DNA of 64,000 bases from Candidatus Staskawiczbacteria bacterium (GTDB lineage Bacteria > Patescibacteriota > Minisyncoccia > Minisyncoccales > Staskawiczbacteraceae), in the NCBI GenBank assembly GCA_963756225.1, contig CAVWMZ010000004.1:3412-67411 (forward strand). Direction: 5' to 3'. The notes under the pieces were generated by a model. It was given only the letters and a program-made list of their open reading frames with translations. It made no database searches and was not told the origin of the DNA. Position numbers and translations under genes: made by a program. Position 1 is the stretch's first letter. The number at the start of each line of letters is the position of its first letter. Shown in pieces: positions 60,922-64,000 of the stretch.

Positions 60922-62103
60922 TTACTTTAAGTTGTTTACTATTTCAAGTGCCTTGTCTAATTGCGGATCTTTTTTCTGCTGAATATCCTGATCGGTCATA
61001 TCAACTTTTACGTCGGGTGTCAACCCAATATCGGTAATTGAATTTCTTTTTGGGGTTAGCCAATTGGCAATAGTTATTTTAAGAAAAGATCCATCTCTTA
61101 GATTTATTACTTCTTGAACGCAACCCTTTCCAAAAGATTTAGTTCCAATTAATTGCACATTCCTATCGTCTCTAAGTGCGCCAGCTAAAATTTCGGACGC
61201 AGAAGCAGAGCCCTGGTTCATTAAAATAACTATTGGATAATTAGCGAGATTAGCGTTTCCGTCGGCTTTATATACTTGCTGTGGTTTAGCTTTGCCGAAA
61301 TCTTCTATAGTTACTGTTTGCCCGCTTTGCAAAAACCATCCAGCAATACCTTGAGCGGCATCTAAATATCCGCCCGGATTATCTCTTAAATCTAATACTA
61401 TCTTTTTGGCGGGGCTTTGTAAGATCTTAAGAGCTATCGCTTCAAAATCAGAGGGAAGGGTTTCGTCAAATTGATATATTTGGATATATGCCACATCTCC
61501 ATCCTTTAATGACCACTCCACAGAAGGGACTGTTATGGTACCCCTAATAACCTTAATATCTTTTGTGCTATCCCATCCATTTCTTAGAATAGATAGTGTA
61601 ACCGACGTTCCTTTTTGCCCCCTGATAAGGTTTACGGCGTCATCAGCTGTCATATTGCTAGTATCTTGCCCGTTTATTTTCGCAATTATGTCGCCAGATT
61701 CTAATCCGGCTTTTTGTCCCGGAGTATTTTTTAAAGGCGCTATAATTGTTAATAGCCCGTTTTTAATACCAATTTCTACTCCAATGCCATCAAAAGATCC
61801 TGCCAAATCGTCTTGAAATTCTTTTGCTTGAGTTGGATCAAAAAATTCAGTATATGGATCTCCTAATGAATTTGTCATACCCTCTATGGCACCATATACA
61901 ACTTTTTGGTTGTTTATTTTATCGGGAGTTATAAAATTTTGCTGAAGTTTATTGTAGGCGTCCCAAAAAAGAGAAAAATCGATAGTGCCAGGCTGTTGTA
62001 CGCGATAAGCCAACTTCGTGTCTCCGATCCAAAGACCCAAACCAAAAACAACAATAAAACAGACAAATAAAATTACGAAATAAATTATTTTTTTACTATT
62101 CAT
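60922..62103 (-). CDS. ctpA: S41-family carboxy-terminal processing protease (PDZ domain)
   Basis: TM anchor, PDZ (GLESGDIIAKING), GSASASEILAGAL and SFGKG. Confidence 0.85.
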   Translation of the reverse strand: MNSKKIIYFVILFVCFIVVFGLGLWIGDTKLAYRVQQPGTIDFSLFWDAYNKLQQNFITPDKINNQKVVYGAIEGMTNSLGDPYTEFFDPTQAKEFQDDLAGSFDGIGVEIGIKNGLLTIIAPLKNTPGQKAGLESGDIIAKINGQDTSNMTADDAVNLIRGQKGTSVTLSILRNGWDSTKDIKVIRGTITVPSVEWSLKDGDVAYIQIYQFDETLPSDFEAIALKILQSPAKKIVLDLRDNPGGYLDAAQGIAGWFLQSGQTVTIEDFGKAKPQQVYKADGNANLANYPIVILMNQGSASASEILAGALRDDRNVQLIGTKSFGKGCVQEVINLRDGSFLKITIANWLTPKRNSITDIGLTPDVKVDMTDQDIQQKKDPQLDKALEIVNNLK

Positions 62104-62246
62104 ACAAACATAATAATACCAAAAATAAAATTATAAAGCAATAGTTTAAAATAGGTAAAAAATGATAATATCGCTAAAATTTAACAAAAAATCTCTGTTT
62201 TAGAACAGAGATTTTTGCTTATAAATATTTATAGCCAGTATCACTT

Positions 62247-63326
62247 TTATTTAGACCCTCCAAATAAACTCGAGAAAAAATTCACAATTGCTTGCCAAAT
62301 AGAAACGCTCTTGGAACCATTCTGTGATGCCACCACCGTCTGGGATCCAGTTGTTGTAGTCGCACCGGCACAGGCCGCTATCGCGTTATTCCTTGCCGAT
62401 ATTAAAGCAGTCATATAGGGGACCTTAGCCTGCTTAACCGCGGGGTCGTTGTTATATACATCGTTAGCGGCTTTTATGGCAGCGCTATAGGGGACCTTAG
62501 CTTGTTTAACTGTAGAATTGTTATTATAGGCGTCATTAGCGGCTTTTATGGCAGCAGCTCTAGCTGTTAAATCTGTAAGCTTTTGTGCAGCAATTATCGC
62601 AGCCTGTTTTGTCGCTAATTGAGACTTTGTTGCGGCGTTTAGAGCGTCTGTTGCGATTTTTATCGCAGCCTGTTTTGTCGCTAATTGAGACTTTGTTGCG
62701 GCGTTTAGAGCGTCTAAGGCCGGTTTTATAGCGCCTTGTTGCTTACTATTCATGCAAGCTTGTTCTGCTACTGTATATTTTACAGGAGCCGAGGTTGAAG
62801 TTGAAGTTCCTGCTGGCTTCTGAGTTACAACCGAATTCAACAAAGCTGAAGTGGATTTTTGAAATATATTTTTAAGCGTATCTAAGAAAGTTGTCCCGCT
62901 CACCGTCGTACCCGTGCAAGTTGCTATAGCACTTGTTCTTGCAGTTGTTAAGGCGCTCATATATGGAGCCCTTGCTTGTTTAACTGCGGGGTCGTTATTG
63001 AATACATCGTTAGCGGCTTTTATGGCGGCGGCTCTAGCTGTTAAATCTGTAAGCTTTTGTGCAGCAATTACCGCAGTTTGTCTTATCGCCGATGCACTTT
63101 TTGTTGCGGCAGAAAAAATATCTTGGGCCGGCTTAGTTGCGGTTCGCAGATTGCTGCTTATACAGGTTTGCTGAGCTGTAGTATATTTTACAGGAGCTGG
63201 AATAGTTCTACGCGCTGTTACACTAGTTGTTGCGGCAGAGGCGTCTCCAAAAACTAGAACTGAAACAAAAATTAATAAAAATATACTAAATATTTTTTTG
63301 TTGCTCATATTTTTTGCACCCTTCAT
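62247..63326 (-). CDS. Secreted Ala/Thr/Lys-rich repeat protein
   Basis: Signal peptide. It has repeated QKLTDLTARAAAIKAAND..NN....VKQA..PY and ALNAATKSQLATKQAAI modules. An exact 54-bp segment is repeated with a 66-bp period (62596-62649 and 62662-62715). Confidence 0.65.
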   Translation of the reverse strand: MKGAKNMSNKKIFSIFLLIFVSVLVFGDASAATTSVTARRTIPAPVKYTTAQQTCISSNLRTATKPAQDIFSAATKSASAIRQTAVIAAQKLTDLTARAAAIKAANDVFNNDPAVKQARAPYMSALTTARTSAIATCTGTTVSGTTFLDTLKNIFQKSTSALLNSVVTQKPAGTSTSTSAPVKYTVAEQACMNSKQQGAIKPALDALNAATKSQLATKQAAIKIATDALNAATKSQLATKQAAIIAAQKLTDLTARAAAIKAANDAYNNNSTVKQAKVPYSAAIKAANDVYNNDPAVKQAKVPYMTALISARNNAIAACAGATTTTGSQTVVASQNGSKSVSIWQAIVNFFSSLFGGSK

Positions 63327-63495
63327 TTTATAAAAATGAGAAGAGTATAATTAATTAAATATTAATTTTATTAAACTATTTATATAAGTATACCTCATCC
63401 AATAAAAAACAAAAGTGGTGTCAATATTAAAACTGTGTATAACTTTTTTTCTGAAGATTTACAGCACATAACAAAAAATCGAGAACGTTCTCAAT

Positions 63496-63508
63496 TTTGT
63501 CGCACAAT
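63496..63508 (-). repeat. Intergenic motif copy 7: ATTGTGCGACAAA
   Basis: Exact core on the minus strand, 3 nt after the stop at 63512. It is followed by terminator hairpin TTGAGAACGTTCTCGA plus a T-run. Confidence 0.9.
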
Positions 63509-63511
63509 TAG

Positions 63512-64000
63512 CTATACGCCCTCAGGAGCAAGAAAACCATCTACAACTACTTTCGTACCAAAGGGTTCGGCCAATTTGGTCAATTCGTCTTTCATTTTTT
63601 CAATTTCTCTTACCTCGTCTGCTACGGCTATAAGTATAAAAGGATTTTTTTCGTTTAAAAAATATTCTCCAAATCCGTGATCGCCGAATGCAATGCCTAT
63701 TGCCAGCTTTATAGCATCCATCGAGGATTCTTTACTGATGCCTTTTAAATCGCTAACTATAAATCCGTTTGGAAGACCGACGACGCCACCAAAATTAAAT
63801 TTACCTGTTTTATCAAAATAACAGGCACGCTCTTGATGATGCCCTTCAACACCTAAATGTATATGCTCAACGCCCATTTCTCTAGCCATTTTTTCTGCCC
63901 ATTCTTTGCCTATCTGATCAGACAAATTAACATCGAGTCCGTTTTCTTCTGCGAATTTTCTTGCTGCGCCACAACCATCGTGACTTGATATGGAATCTGC
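63512..64000 (-). CDS. Hypothetical protein, 5' end beyond window
   Basis: The frame stays open to the window edge (..SHDGCGAARKFAEENGLD..). No family recognised. Confidence 0.5.
   Translation of the reverse strand, partial: ADSISSHDGCGAARKFAEENGLDVNLSDQIGKEWAEKMAREMGVEHIHLGVEGHHQERACYFDKTGKFNFGGVVGLPNGFIVSDLKGISKESSMDAIKLAIGIAFGDHGFGEYFLNEKNPFILIAVADEVREIEKMKDELTKLAEPFGTKVVVDGFLAPEGV

Overview
AT-rich bacterial chromosome segment. The gene content and style resemble small-genome uncultivated lineages such as CPR/Patescibacteria, but that is inference only. The window starts inside a 23S-5S rRNA operon. The left half (4.5-29 kb) is a conserved cell-envelope and division neighbourhood: mreC-mreD-pbp2, murF-degT-femX-ftsQ, and murI-murD-ftsW-murG. 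It also holds aminoacyl-tRNA synthetases (lysS, serS, gltX) and a CAP-domain / sortase / cysteine-rich repeat surface-protein cluster. The right half (29-64 kb) is a mosaic. Housekeeping genes there include tag, ribH, ribE, metK behind a SAM-I riboswitch, uppS, rpmA, pyrG, rplI and ctp. They are interleaved with accessory DNA that looks more G+C-rich by eye. Mobile DNA comprises three near-identical IS1595-like copies with 7-bp target duplications, one of which splits a MATE transporter gene. Two divergent IS3-family elements are inserted into a type III Res-like helicase-nuclease gene. There is also a free-standing LAGLIDADG endonuclease and a tyrosine recombinase. The signals most worth follow-up are these. 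(1) A 12-13 nt quasi-palindromic motif, ATTGTGCGACAA(A/T), recurs at least 7 times, is always intergenic, and points the same way as local transcription. Two inverted copies bracket the recombinase module and two direct copies bracket a GNAT gene. (2) A GAF-ANTAR regulator is followed by a promoter, a terminator-containing leader, and two tandem paralogous Cys/His-rich small proteins. (3) A duplicated secreted-protein cassette has conserved promoters, a 19-bp perfect inverted repeat in the leader, and conserved terminators. (4) A G+C-rich insertion between ftsW and murG carries tandem membrane-anchored zinc-ribbon proteins. (5) There is an orphan ilvD next to a truncated EPSP-synthase-fold protein. 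A major caveat: at least 15 conserved genes carry frame disruptions, mostly 1-nt insertions in homopolymers, and two more carry in-frame stops. This most likely reflects consensus error but must be checked against reads.
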